A DNA stretch of 64,000 nt from Macrostomum hystrix (lineage: Eukaryota > Animalia > Platyhelminthes), in the NCBI GenBank assembly GCA_950097015.1, contig CATNEN010000034.1, forward strand, positions 5,332,001-5,396,000. The letters run 5' to 3'. The notes below the pieces were generated by a model. That model was not told the DNA's origin. It did not search any database and was given only the letters and a program-made list of their open reading frames with translations. Of the stretch, positions 12,901 through 24,128 are shown piece after piece; within the stretch, counting starts at the first letter, position 1; each line of letters opens with the position of its first letter. The position numbers were made by a program, and so were the translations under genes.

Positions 12901-14700
12901 TCGTGTATCAACAGGGAATGTGTCAAGGTGTCCTTTGTAGCAACAGGAAATTCGAAAAGGTGTCCTTCGTAGCAACTGGGAATGGGAATGAGTCAATGAG
13001 TTCTTGGTAGCAACTGGGAAAGTATAAAACCAAGGTGTCCTTCGTAACAACCGGGAATTCGACAATGTATTTCCACGCTGCAACAGTGTTCTACGCGCTC
13101 CAAAATTTCCAAGAGCAAAAGTTATAAAATATGAGTTGAAAGTTTGTGTTAAACTAATTGGAAAAACGATTAGTGATTAGTAACTAATTCACAGACAATT
13201 AACTAGGGAATACACGCGAATCCAGTTGAGACACTAACCTGACGCATAACCAGCTTGTGCCGAAAAGCGCAAGTAACATGAAAGGCCACCTTGCACTGCC
13301 GAACGCAGCACTGAATGCAGGCGCCAACGCGCTCCCGACACAGCCGGCAGACTAGATTCCATCGACTAGTTGGAATCTCATTTAGCCTAGTGATTGGCTC
13401 CATTCGTTCCGGATCCGCGAACCCAACTTCCGGTATCCACAGGGCGCACGACACGTGGCACCAGGTGAGGCCGTCGCGAGTAGATTTCATAGCTCCGCCG
13501 CTGCTAGAGCAGAGGGCGCAAACTGGCCGAATGCCCAGACTGCAGGGCCGGCAAAGCCAGCTGCCGCTGGGCACATTCGCTACGCCGTAGCAGGCCTGAT
13601 GTACAGGCATGTCGCAGCCGTCGCAGAATAAAATCTCATTGTCCTCTTCAACCTCCAATGATTGGCAGACGCTGCAGGGCACGGTGGTGTCATATTCGAT
13701 GCCCAGTCCGGCCACTGTGCGCAGCCGTTCCAGCATGCGCTCGTGAGCCAGCGATTCCGCCGCGGTGAATAGAGGCTCAAGAATGTCGAGCGATACACCT
13801 GTAGCGGAGGAACCAGACGCCGCTGCCTCGATCCAGCGTCGATCTAGTTCGTCGGCGCAGTAGAGCCGACAGCGGGGCTCCGGCTCGCCAGGCCGGATGG
13901 CTGGTGGACCGACGGAGATCTCCTGCGTGTCCGGATCAAAGTTGAAGTCGTCAAGACTGGTAAGCAGCTTGCGAGGCAGTCTCCACCGGATGAGATTGCT
14001 GCGATCGTCATCCGCCGAGCTGCACGAGCCCTCGTCGTCGTCCTGGTGGCGGACAACCGGCTTCGGCTGTTCCTGTCGGGCTAGGACTGGCACTTGAACA
14101 CCGCGCTGCCATTCGTGACGCCAAGGATCTGACACCTGGAGTACAGGGTGAGGCTCGTGACACACCTGAGTAATTCTTTTCATGCCTCTGACTTTTAAAT
14201 CTGCTAGGATCCAAGAAAATAATATCTATTTTTTAATAATAACTAAAATAATTACCTTTAATACCCAATACACCTTTCACTCTATAACCAATACACCTTT
14301 CACTCTATAACCAATACACCTTTCACTCTATAACCAATACACCTTTCACTCTATAACCAATACACCTTTCACTCTATAACCAATACACTTTTCATTCTAT
14401 ACCCATTACACCTTTCACTCTACGAGTATACCCAATACTCCTTTCACTCTATACACCTATCACACTTTCACACCAACATGTTTCACTTTGAAATTAATAC
14501 ACCCAGCTTTCAACACCAACCTTCAACGGTCGCTTAGTCGGTAGCGGTTCCGTGTCGGGCACCTTCATCCGGCTAACATAGGCAGCGTCGAAGCATTCCG
14601 CCACAGATGACTGGCTCTCGGTGTCAAATTCGCGCCAACGCCGCAGTCGCGCCTGCCAGGCGGCGAACTGGCGGTCCATGCTGGGGCTGGCGCCACTCAT
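9948..14700 (-). CDS. JADE: JADE/PHF15-17 (Rhinoceros-like) EPL1 + PZP chromatin reader, 5 exons, ~1011 aa
   Basis: Exons 14700-14521, 14135-13239, 12607-12030, 11944-11815, 11198-9948 with consistent phases. MKVPDTEPL..DPWRHEWQRGVQVP; PHD CSVCQS..CDGCDMPVHQACYG..WLCRPC; HVSCALWIPEV; YWKLKR; LRHDMERVRNLCYLIVRREKLKR. Confidence 0.93.
11321..11640 (+). mobile_element. SINE family A, full-length copy in JADE intron 4 (antisense to the gene)
   Basis: GGTGTCGGTGGCAGAGCGGTT A box, GAGCTCGATTCC B box, conserved body, A tail. Confidence 0.85.
12765..13070. repeat. Intronic tandem repeat (~33-bp subunits in a duplicated ~103-bp block)
   Basis: Repeated CAAGGTGTCCTTCGTAGCAAC motif. Confidence 0.85.
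14265..14460. repeat. 22-bp minisatellite AATACACCTTTCACTCTATAACC in JADE intron 1
   Basis: Tandem copies visible. Confidence 0.9.
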
Positions 14701-14969
14701 TGGATTCTAGGAAATCTAATTTTCTTAAATCGGATATTTGTTTTCAATAGAACCGTTTTAAATTAGTTGTCTTTTAAAAGTTTTAAAATCACTTTTTTAG
14801 ATTCTGAATTTATATAGAGAGCTATTCTGTTGCCGCCCAAAACGGCTGATTGAAGACATCTGAAAAAGTTTAGAACGGGTGTTTTTAAGGACAGATTATT
14901 ACTTCAGTAATGTGAGTTTATCAAGGCAAAAAGTAGAAAATGTTTTTAACAAATAATAAAAAAAATCTG

Positions 14970-15330
14970 AGTGTTTTCCACTAATTCCTCAGGTGTTGTA
15001 GCTTATCAGTGTGTTTTCCACTAATTGCAAAGGTGTTATAGCTTATCAGTGTGTTTTCCACTAATTGCAAAGGTGCTATAGCTTATCAGTGTGTTTTCCA
15101 CTAATTGCAAAGGTGTTATAGCTTATCAGTGTGTTTTCCACTAATTTCTCAGGTGTTATAGCTTATCACTTTATCAGTGGGTTTACCACTAATTACTCAG
15201 GTGTTATAGCATATCAGTGGGTTTACCAATAATTACTCAGGTGTTATAGCTTATCAGTGTGTTTTCCACTAATTGCTCAGGTGTTATAGCTTATCAGTGT
15301 GTTTTCCACTAATTGCTCAGGTGTTAAGCT
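14970..15330. repeat. ~39-bp minisatellite GTGTTTTCCACTAATTGC..GGTGTTATAGCTTATCA between LSM4 and JADE
   Basis: About 9 tandem copies. Confidence 0.9.
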
Positions 15331-15853
15331 AATCAATGTGGATCACCCGCTAAATACCCAGGCGTCAAGTCAGTGGATCACCAAATGTGTAACTTGTCAG
15401 AGAATAAAAGAGCTATAATTACCAAGGTGCATTGCTTGTTTTGACTAAGATATTACATGGGATAAAATTATGAGTCGTCTTAACAAGAAATAAATTCTGG
15501 CAAAACAACAAAATGCACTTGGAGCATTTTATAAAAAATCTTTCCCAAAGCTACAATTATTTGAATTGAGTCAACAAGAACAGCAACAGGCAATTACACT
15601 TTAAACATGACAATTTTATGCTATCTTACACGCGCATTATACGACCAGTAAGTTAAGCCTTGCACTTGCTAGAAAAACAAAAGATATGAAGAGAATGTAG
15701 CTAAAAAGCCACACACAAATGCTACTATCATTAACTATTACTCGTACAAATACAAGTTGACCGTTTCATGAAATAGCAAGGCAATCCCAGAACTCATTAT
15801 TATTTATCCCTAAAAACTCTGAAAAAGAACAATACAAAACAAATAATGTGATG

Positions 15854-16315
15854 TCAGCCTTGGCCACCGCCACGTGCTTTGTTTCCATAGCCGCCGCCTC
15901 CTCCGCGACCGCCACCGCCGCCACCCCGACCGCCGACGCCGCCGCCGCGACCGCCACCGCCGCCGCCGCCAGGACCGCCGGCGCCGCGACCGCCAAGTTT
16001 TCCGCCGCCGCGACCGCGTCCACCGGCACCGCCGTCGGCATTACGATTCTGATTGCGACCTTTAGATTGTTCCTCTTTGACTAAGTCGACAACTTCGTCT
16101 GGTATACGCAGGTATTTGATAGTCGAGCCGCGAATATAGCACTCGGGCACCTTCCAGAACCGATCGCCGTCCCTAGAAGTGCAAATCACTTCGCGAAGGC
16201 TCAGATTCATCCAATGATCGCAGCTAACCAGATGCCCATTGTAGGTTTCGCCATTTTTTAATTCAACCAGCATCGGATGATTGATGGCGGCCAATAGGAG
16301 ATTGTTAGGCAGCAT
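15854..16315 (-). CDS. LSM4: U6 snRNA-associated Sm-like protein LSm4, intronless CDS, 153 aa
   Basis: [45 protein letters not shown] plus an RGG tail. Confidence 0.97.
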   Translation of the reverse strand: MLPNNLLLAAINHPMLVELKNGETYNGHLVSCDHWMNLSLREVICTSRDGDRFWKVPECYIRGSTIKYLRIPDEVVDLVKEEQSKGRNQNRNADGGAGGRGRGGGKLGGRGAGGPGGGGGGGRGGGVGGRGGGGGGRGGGGGYGNKARGGGQG

Positions 16316-16399
16316 TGCTTCAACTTTGCTGAAATTTACAGGTAGATAAGCTGGGAAAAATCAATTAAAATAACTAATAAAAAAGACCCTAATTATGCT

Positions 16400-16530
16400 A
16401 CATAGTACCCATTTACAACTAGGTGACTAAAACACTAGGGAATTAAGTGTCTTGCCCACGAGCAAAAACTGTTTCCCTTGTGCTAAGAATCGAACTCCCG
16501 ACCTAATGGTCGAAAGTCTGTGACGGAATA
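16400..16530 (-). mobile_element. SINE family B (tRNA head + CORE-like domain), partial
   Basis: Reverse complement reads GGTCGGGAGTTCGATTC..GGGCAAGACACTTAATTCCC..TTGTAAATGGGTAC, resembling the CORE-SINE domain. Confidence 0.7.
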
Positions 16531-16845
16531 CTACAGTATCCTGAGGTAATCAGCTAAGTAAAAATTAACAAAAGTGGAGACTAATTTACAGGTAAACGCG
16601 GATCAGACCACACCAGTCGATTAATCAGCCGTTAGGTAATGGTATTTTATTTAAAAATATATATAAATTTTTACATGGGAATTTTATAGCAGAGCTCAAT
16701 TTTAAGGGGTGAAAATGCGATTTGCCTATAAACAAGACTCGATAAAGCAGCACGGAAACCGAATTTGCATACACGTAAAACACTTAAAATGACAGAGAAA
16801 GCCGGCTGAAATACCCTAAAATAAATTGTTACAAAAAGCGCCAAC

Positions 16846-19800
16846 TTAAAACGACTCGCTCAGCATTCGGGCAGTGATTCGACTCTCCGCTTGAGCTTCG
16901 CGCAGTCTGTCTCGCAGCTTCTCCAGCGCCATAGCCAGTTCGGCTATTGGAGGCGGCGGTGGCGGCGGCGGCGGACGCCAGACAACTAATCGTTGAACAT
17001 TGTCGGATGGTTGTGCCGATGGCGGCGATTCACCCCGGCTCCACTGCTGATAGAAATCGTCCGGAAGGAAATCGTCAATGTCGAGCCGGACCAAGCCGGG
17101 ACAGCTAATAGTCTTAGCTGGGCCTGGCGCAGCTCTGGACCAATCAGAGGACGTCAGGCGGTCGGACAGGCGCCGATTGGCCAGCCGGGCAGCCAGCCGG
17201 GCCCAGGGGAACAGGCGGACAGGTCGGCCAGACGACATTGCTGCAGTGGCGCCTGCCAGAGGACAGGCTGGCGGGTAGGCAGACAGCAGCCATGCGATGG
17301 CCTCCTGGTTGAGACGCCAGGCTGATGTGACGCGCTCAGGCGGCTGTTGCGGAGCGTCCGGTAGGCGCAGCTCGGCGATTGCCGACGGCGACGCCAACGG
17401 GCCAAGCGCGACAATGCAGGCATTGTAGAACTGGACTAGGCAGCGAATCGGGGGCTGCGGCTGGCAGGCAGCATCGCATCGATTGGCCAGGTCGTCGACC
17501 GGACGAAAATAAGCATTCAATAGGAGAGATTCCACAACACTAGCTAGGCTGGGTGTATCGGGCGCGAGTCTTGACGCCGCTTGAGGCAGCGTAGGCTGAT
17601 TGAGCAGCCAGCGAAGGCCGAGCAGCAGGTCCCGATGCCAGATTGGGTTTGGTCGGCCGCCAAGCAGGCGAATACAGAATGAGGCCGTAGCAACATTCGC
17701 GGAATGACAGGCAAACACTAAAGTAGGCAGGTGCAGCAGAGACAGGCGTGCTTCAGAATGCAGCATCGACGCCTCTGCCAAGCAGTGAGTGGCGCCAGTA
17801 GCTTCGGCCGCTTCAGCAGAGTCGGCCACCAGGGACGAGGCCAGCTTTCGCCGTAGCCAATTAGCCGCAAACGCAGGACAGTTGGATGAAAGCAGCAGGA
17901 CCAGCCGACAGGCCTCCGGTAGGCGAACGGGCGTTAAGACAGCGGCGGCTGCAGCCAAGGCGGCAGCAGCGGCGGGTGTCGGATCGACGGCTGCGCGAGG
18001 CAGATGAGCAACGGATGTGTCGGGTGGCAGTCGGCCGTGAAGGCGATCCACCAGCTGGAAGGGATCGACTAACGGAGCGCAGGGCGCCATGTCGGATAGA
18101 CGGGCGCGCGAGGCGGCCTTAGCAACGGCCCGTCGGCGCCAGCTGTCCCAGATGACGGCTAGACGATGACGGCGATGTTCATACAGCAGGTTGGCGTCCA
18201 AAGTACGTCGGGTACGCAGCCGGGCTAGGTACTGGCGACAAGACAGCTCGGTCTCTTCAAATATCAAGGCGTCAAGAAGCACCGTGTCCAACGACTCAAT
18301 CAGACGATGGATGAGTACAGTTTCGCATTCTGATCGGACGCCTTCTCCGATGACGTCACTGATAATAGAATCGGTAGCGTTATTAATAGCGGTTTGATTT
18401 ACGCTGGATTCTGTCAAAAAGTCTGAGGCAATTTCGGCGCACAACTGCCGTGTGAGACTGTTGAAGGTTTCGGCGTAGGCGTCGGCCACAGCGCCGGAGA
18501 TGGCACGGACACTATCAATATAGTCGGTAACGACGCTACGAACGAGAGGCGGCAGCAAGCTGGAGATTAGCTCCTCGGCCAAATAATTAAATAGCCTGTC
18601 ATCAATGACGGGTGGCTCTGGTGCAGGAAGACGAGGTGGCTGCGATGGAAACAGTGACATCGATGCAGCTGAGACTGGCTGAGAAAACAAAGACTGACTA
18701 AAAGCACTCGCAGTGGCTGAGCTGGACTGAAACAGGCTCGACGCCGATGCTATGGTCGGCACTGATGTAGAAACAACAGTGAGCGGTGCCGTTGGCTGCT
18801 GAGGTATTCGCCGAGGCTGTGGCGGCGGCGGCGGCGGCGGCGATGGTGACGGTGACGCTGGCGGAGGTGTTGCTTCTCGAGAGACGGCCAGATCGCCGAT
18901 GTATCGTCCACGCTCGTCGAAACTAACCGACGGCTGCGGCAGGCGAAGCGGCGGCAGCTGGCCGCCCCAGAGGCATTCGCCAACTAAGCGACTGCCGCGC
19001 TTGCTTTCAACAACGCGCACCGCCCTGACCGAGCGCGACTCGGTCGGATGAAACGAGTTGGCCACGCTGCGATCTAGCCACACCGCAGGCTCTTCATCCT
19101 CGTTGCCGTCGTCGCATTCGAAGCCCATGAAGCGACAGAAGCTTGCCGCATCTTCGGCATCTTCAAAACCAAGCGGCAACCGGGCGAGAGGCAGACGAAG
19201 CCGACGAACGTTAGCGGGTGGCCGCAGGGCGTGGCTCATTGTCCTCAGGGCACCAATGCGGGCCTGGGTGAAGTAGCGCAATAGCAGGCAGGCGGTCAGG
19301 AAGTCGGCTTGATCAACGGAACGAAAGAATGCTACGTAGTTATTGCTGGACAGGGCGAAGAAGGCACGTAGAGCAAGGCGAACCTGGAGGAGTGGAAGAG
19401 ACGAGTGCTGGCGAGCTAAACGGATTTGAAAAATAAGTCTTAAATATATCAAATACCATTCAGACGGTCTAATGTGCCTTCCACAATGCAGCTTTTAAAG
19501 TAGTTTTAGAAGCGTTTTAGTCGTTAGAAAAGCTGCGAAACTGTTTAAGCTGTAAAACGGTTTAGTCGTTGGAAAAGCGTTTTACAAGTAATTGTTCGAA
19601 GAGTCTCAGGCGATGGAAAAGAGTTTCAGTCGTTTGAAAAGAGTTTCAGTCGTTGGAAAAGAGTTTGAGCCGTTGGAAAAGAGTTTGAGCCGTTGGAAAA
19701 GAGTTTCAGTCGTTGGAAAAGAGTTTAAGTCGTTGCAAAAGAGTTTGAGCCGTTGGAAAAGAGTTTAAGTCGTTGGAAAAGAGTTTGAGCCGTTGGAAAA

Positions 19801-22800
19801 GAGTTTCAGTCGTTGGAAAAGAGTTTAAGTCGTTGGAAAAGAGTTTGAGCCGTTGGAAAAGAGTTTCAGTCGTTGGAAAAGAGTTTAAGTCGTTGCAAAA
19901 GAGTTTGAGCCGTTGGAAAAGAGTTTCAGTCGTTGGAAAAGAGTTTAAGTCGTTGGAAAAGAGTTTCAGTCGTTTGAAAAGAGTTTTAAGTCGTTGGAAA
20001 AGAGTTTCAGTCGTTGGAAAAGAGTTTAAGTCGTTGCAAAAGAGTTTGAGCCGTTGGAAAAGAGTTTCAGTCGTTGGAAAAGAGTTTAAGTCGTTGCAAA
20101 AGAGTTTGAGCCGTTGGAAAAGAGTTTCAGTCGTTGCAAAAGAGTTTGAGCCGTTGGAAAAGAGTCTCAGTCGTTGGAAAAGAGTTTAAGTCGTTGCAAA
20201 AGAGTTTGAGCCGTTGGAAAAGAGTTTCAGTCGTTGGAAAAGAGTTTAAGTCGTTGCAAAAGAGTTTCAGTAGTTGGAAAAGAGTTTAAGTCGTTGCAAA
20301 AGAGTCTCAGTCGTTGGAAAAGAGTTTAAGTCGTTGCAAAAGAGTTTCAGTAGTTGGAAAAGAGTTTAAGTCGTTGCAAAAGAGTCTCAGTCGTTGGAAA
20401 AGAGTTTAAGTCGTTGCAAAAGAGTTTGAGCCGTTGGAAAAGAGTTTCAGTCGTTGGAAAAGCGTATTAGTCGTTGGAAAAGCGTATTAGTCGTTGGAAA
20501 AGCGTATTAGTCGTTGGAAAAGCGTATTAGTCGTTGGAAAAGCGTATTAGTCGTTGGAAAAGCGTATTAGTCGTTGGAAAAGCGTATTAGTCGTTGGAAA
20601 AGAGTTTCAGTCGTTTGAAAAGAGTTTAAGTCGTTGCAAAAGCGTATTAGTCGTTGGAAAAGAGGTTCAGTAGTTGAAAAAGCGTTTCAGTCGTTTTTAA
20701 ACAACCGCTAGAGTTTTTCGTTGAAAAAGCGTTTATGTCGTTCAAGAAGTGTTTGAGTTGTGTTTGAAGCATTTGAAACGCTACTAGTCATCACATCGTA
20801 TTGGTAATTAAAAACTACGACCAACGAGAGAAACTAATAGCGATGATAAACCCACCTGTGGCGAGGCACGAATCTCAGACGATAACTGATGCACCTCGTC
20901 TAACACATTAGGCTCATTGAGTTTCATAAGTATCATATAAGCGCGAAATTCACTTTCATTAGGACACTGGCCAGCTAAATCGCCATACAATTCTCGTAGC
21001 GTTTGCAGGCATTTTGTTAAGTTTTCATTGTTAATTTTCTCGTCGAACACATCGGCGGGCATGCCGACCATTCGGGCGCTAGCGTAGATATGAAATCTGG
21101 CGCAGCGTTCAACTAGCTCGGCTGCGCCAGGATTGCACAGTCGCTGCTGTGTCACCTCCTTGCGTATTGCGCGCGTTCGATCCCACAGAAACTCGTACCT
21201 GAAAATTGACATTTCGAATGCACGTAGATTAACAGCAGGAAGACCACAGGGGTGTTTAAATAGCCACATTTTTTATCTCTTTAAATATTCGACCAATAGC
21301 CATGAAAATCCAGAACATCCAGAATAAAAAATACATCGGCATCGTCGAGAGGAAAGAGGCGAGAGGAAAACATAGTGTGGATTTTCTACCGTTTACCCAC
21401 TTTGTAGTTGCTTGAAAAATTGATCCCTGCTAACAGGGTCAATGCACAACAAAAGAAACCATTTAATGTACTCTCGATAAAAACGATTTGATTCTACATA
21501 GTCTTAAGTCGTTTCAGAAGCGTTAAGTACTCCGATACGCCTCTAGAATGCAGCAAACACTTTTCGCAAGATGCTATGAAGGCTCTTTAAAGAGGCTCTT
21601 AAGTCGTTACATTAGTTATATAGTCTTTCGAGTCGCAATGACGAACTTCTATAGTGAATAGTGCATAGTTTTTCTCACCATTCCTGCCAGCGACCCTCTT
21701 GTTCGCCAATGTCGGCAATGCAAGTTGACAAATAGAGCATAGTCCTATTGAGGACAGGCAATGGGCGCAGCTCGTGCGGTAGCGGCGCTTCCTGATCTGC
21801 GGCCGATCGGGAGTACTCCTTCACTGCCCGTAAGTGGTCCATCACACCTGGCCGCCCGGCGGCTGACTCAAACGCGTGCACTCGATGTCGGTCTTCCCTC
21901 AAGTAGCGCTCCTTCTCCGGGCACATGTCCTGACAAGTGGCAGCGGCTGTAGAAGGGACCGCTGTTGAACTATACTTGCCCAGACGGGCTCGAAGCTGAC
22001 GCTCGACAGATTCTAAAACGCGAATGCGATCGGCGAGACTTTGCGATGCTGGCAGAGAAACTGAAGACACTGAGGAGCTAGTTGGTGCGGGCGCCGCAAT
22101 ATCAGCGTCACCACCGTTACCACCGGGTAGACGGCGCCTGAACGCTTCTATGCCGGGATACCGGGCGCGCATCCGGGCTGACGCCGCCGCAGTCATAGCC
22201 GCATCGGCTGCAGCCGAATTCGCGAAATGCAGAATCGCCTGCGATTTGGCGCGACTAGCATAGACTCGGGTGACGCCTTGGAATAGTCGACGAATCGGCT
22301 CGTCGGCCTTCAGATCGTCTGGAACATTGCGCAACACAATAGCCAAGCTTGCTGGCTGCTGCTGTTGAACTTTCTGAGCGTTATCTTCAATAGATTGGCG
22401 GCTAACTTTAATGCGCTGTCGCAAGTTGCCAACAAAATCAGACGGATCTTTGTCCCCATTTCCGCGGCTCTCATCCTCCACATCGCCACCGAATCTTTTT
22501 AAAGCTAGGCGACGCGGCTCGTTCTCGACAATGGGCCGCTCATCACTGGCACTATTCCCATCGCTCTCTTGTGTGCCTTCCTCATCGTCATCTTCATCAT
22601 TATTCTCCTCATTTTCATCTTCATTATCGTTATCCTCTCCATCATTATCAACATCTTCGCCATCTTCGGTTACAGATCTAGTGCTAGAACCCTCCTCTTC
22701 ATCGTTATCAGCTTCTTCGGCTAAATCATCATCGTTATCTTTCTGATCTTGACCAGCAGCTTCTTCATCATTTTCGGCTTCATTTGACGCCTCTAAATCT

Positions 22801-23213
22801 GGTATGAATGGCGAGCCGCCGCCTGCTCCTCCACTCTGCTGCTGCGACTGACCAGCAAATAGTCCACCGCCGCCAGTGGAGGAAAATGAAAATAGACCGG
22901 CACCGCTGCCGCTGGAGCCTGCGGTCGCGGAAGAGAACAAACTGCCGCCACCGCCGCTGGTAGCTGCTGAAAACAAACTGCCGCCACCACCGCCGCCGCT
23001 GGTAGCTGCTGAAAACAAACTGCCGCCACCGCCGCCGCCGCTGGTAGCTCCTGAAAACAAAATGCCGCCACCGCCGCCTCCGCTGGTAGCTGCTGAAAAC
23101 AAACTACCAATTCTGACTGCGCTGTCACCAGCACTAGTACTAGACGAAGGGAACAAGCTGCCTTCATTGCCAGCACCGCCAATATTAAACAAACTACCAG
23201 ATTGCTGCTGCAT
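16846..23213 (-). CDS. MCM3AP: SAC3/GANP TREX-2 scaffold, 3 exons, ~1471 aa
   Basis: Exons 23213-21679, 21198-20856, 19383-16846, phases consistent. TCQDMCPEKERYLRE..AVKEYSRSAADQ..PHELRP..W|YEFLWDRTRAIRKEVTQQ..ERCARFHI..EFRAYMIL; RRM-like segment and low-complexity N-terminus. Confidence 0.93.
19490..20760. repeat. 20-bp minisatellite GTCGTTGGAAAAGAGTTT(G/C/A)A in GANP intron 2
   Basis: Tandem array of ~1.2 kb. Confidence 0.96.
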
Positions 23214-23717
23214 TGCAGCGGCAATTAAAGTGTAGTCTTTTTAGTAGAATAGCGGCGCACTATGTTGATCTACTTATCTGAAAAATTTGTGTAGAACATA
23301 TTTTTTTATTTATATGCAATGGAACTGTTATTATATATTACTAAAAGTAACAAAGAAGTGTACTGTTCTCGATAATTAATAGAAGAGAAGAGCAAAAAAA
23401 TAAACACTGACTAATTGATAATAAGGAGCAGTAGCAAACAGAGGCGGATAGCTTCACTGTATTTAGTTTCATTATATTTTCATTCAAACCAAATTGGACA
23501 AGAGAGAGACACAAATGAGTAAAAGTGTTCAAACTTTCTGAATAAGATGTAGAAAACTACATAGACCTATAGTTGACCTCGGTTTCCTTAAATTGCAACT
23601 AGTGCCCGATTAAAAAAACAGTCTTAGCAAGTTTCTATAATTTTCCCAAAAAGGCATATTTAACCAGCAAATCAAAGCCTAAAGTATAAATAACTGGATT
23701 GGGCTTCATCATCAGAT

Positions 23718-24128
23718 TCAGAGCAGGCCCAGCCTCTTCTCCATCAGCGCATGCGGCTGTCCGGCTGACTCGCTGTGACAGGCCAGATTTAGCTGATCCT
23801 CGAAGCCAATCTCGGTGTCGCAGCCGCGCAGGATTCTGGCCTGAAGGTGAGACGAGATGAGGCCGGGCAGGCGGTCGGACTGGCCAGCTAGCCGGCGCTC
23901 CATAGCCAGCGACATTGCGGCGGCTTTGCCTTGAACGGCGCGAACCAATTCATAGTCGCGCAAGTCGCGCTGCTCCATGAAGCTGGACTCAGTAGCTTGC
24001 AGCGGATGAACAGCCAGGGCGGAAGCGGCGCCAGAGTCTCCAAAGTGCGATGGACGAGCCATTGGTTCGCCAGTGTACATTGGCTTGGCTAAATGAATGT
24101 CGGCTGTTTTGGCTGCCATATTGTTCAT
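23718..24128 (-). CDS. POMP: Proteasome maturation protein (UMP1/POMP), intronless
   Basis: HPLQATE..VQG..L.MERR..RLPGL.SS.L..ILRG.DTEIGFEDQLN..PH.LMEKRLGLL* matches the POMP C-terminus. Confidence 0.92.
   Translation of the reverse strand: MNNMAAKTADIHLAKPMYTGEPMARPSHFGDSGAASALAVHPLQATESSFMEQRDLRDYELVRAVQGKAAAMSLAMERRLAGQSDRLPGLISSHLQARILRGCDTEIGFEDQLNLACHSESAGQPHALMEKRLGLL

Noticed and set aside
9955-19276. Many plus-strand ORFs opposite JADE, LSM4 and GANP
   Set aside because: Antisense shadows of GC-rich coding sequence.
19773-20700. CRISPR-like regular repeats and KSLSRWKRV ORF
   Set aside because: No unique spacers, no cas genes, eukaryotic intron; a plain minisatellite. The same applies to 59285-60090.
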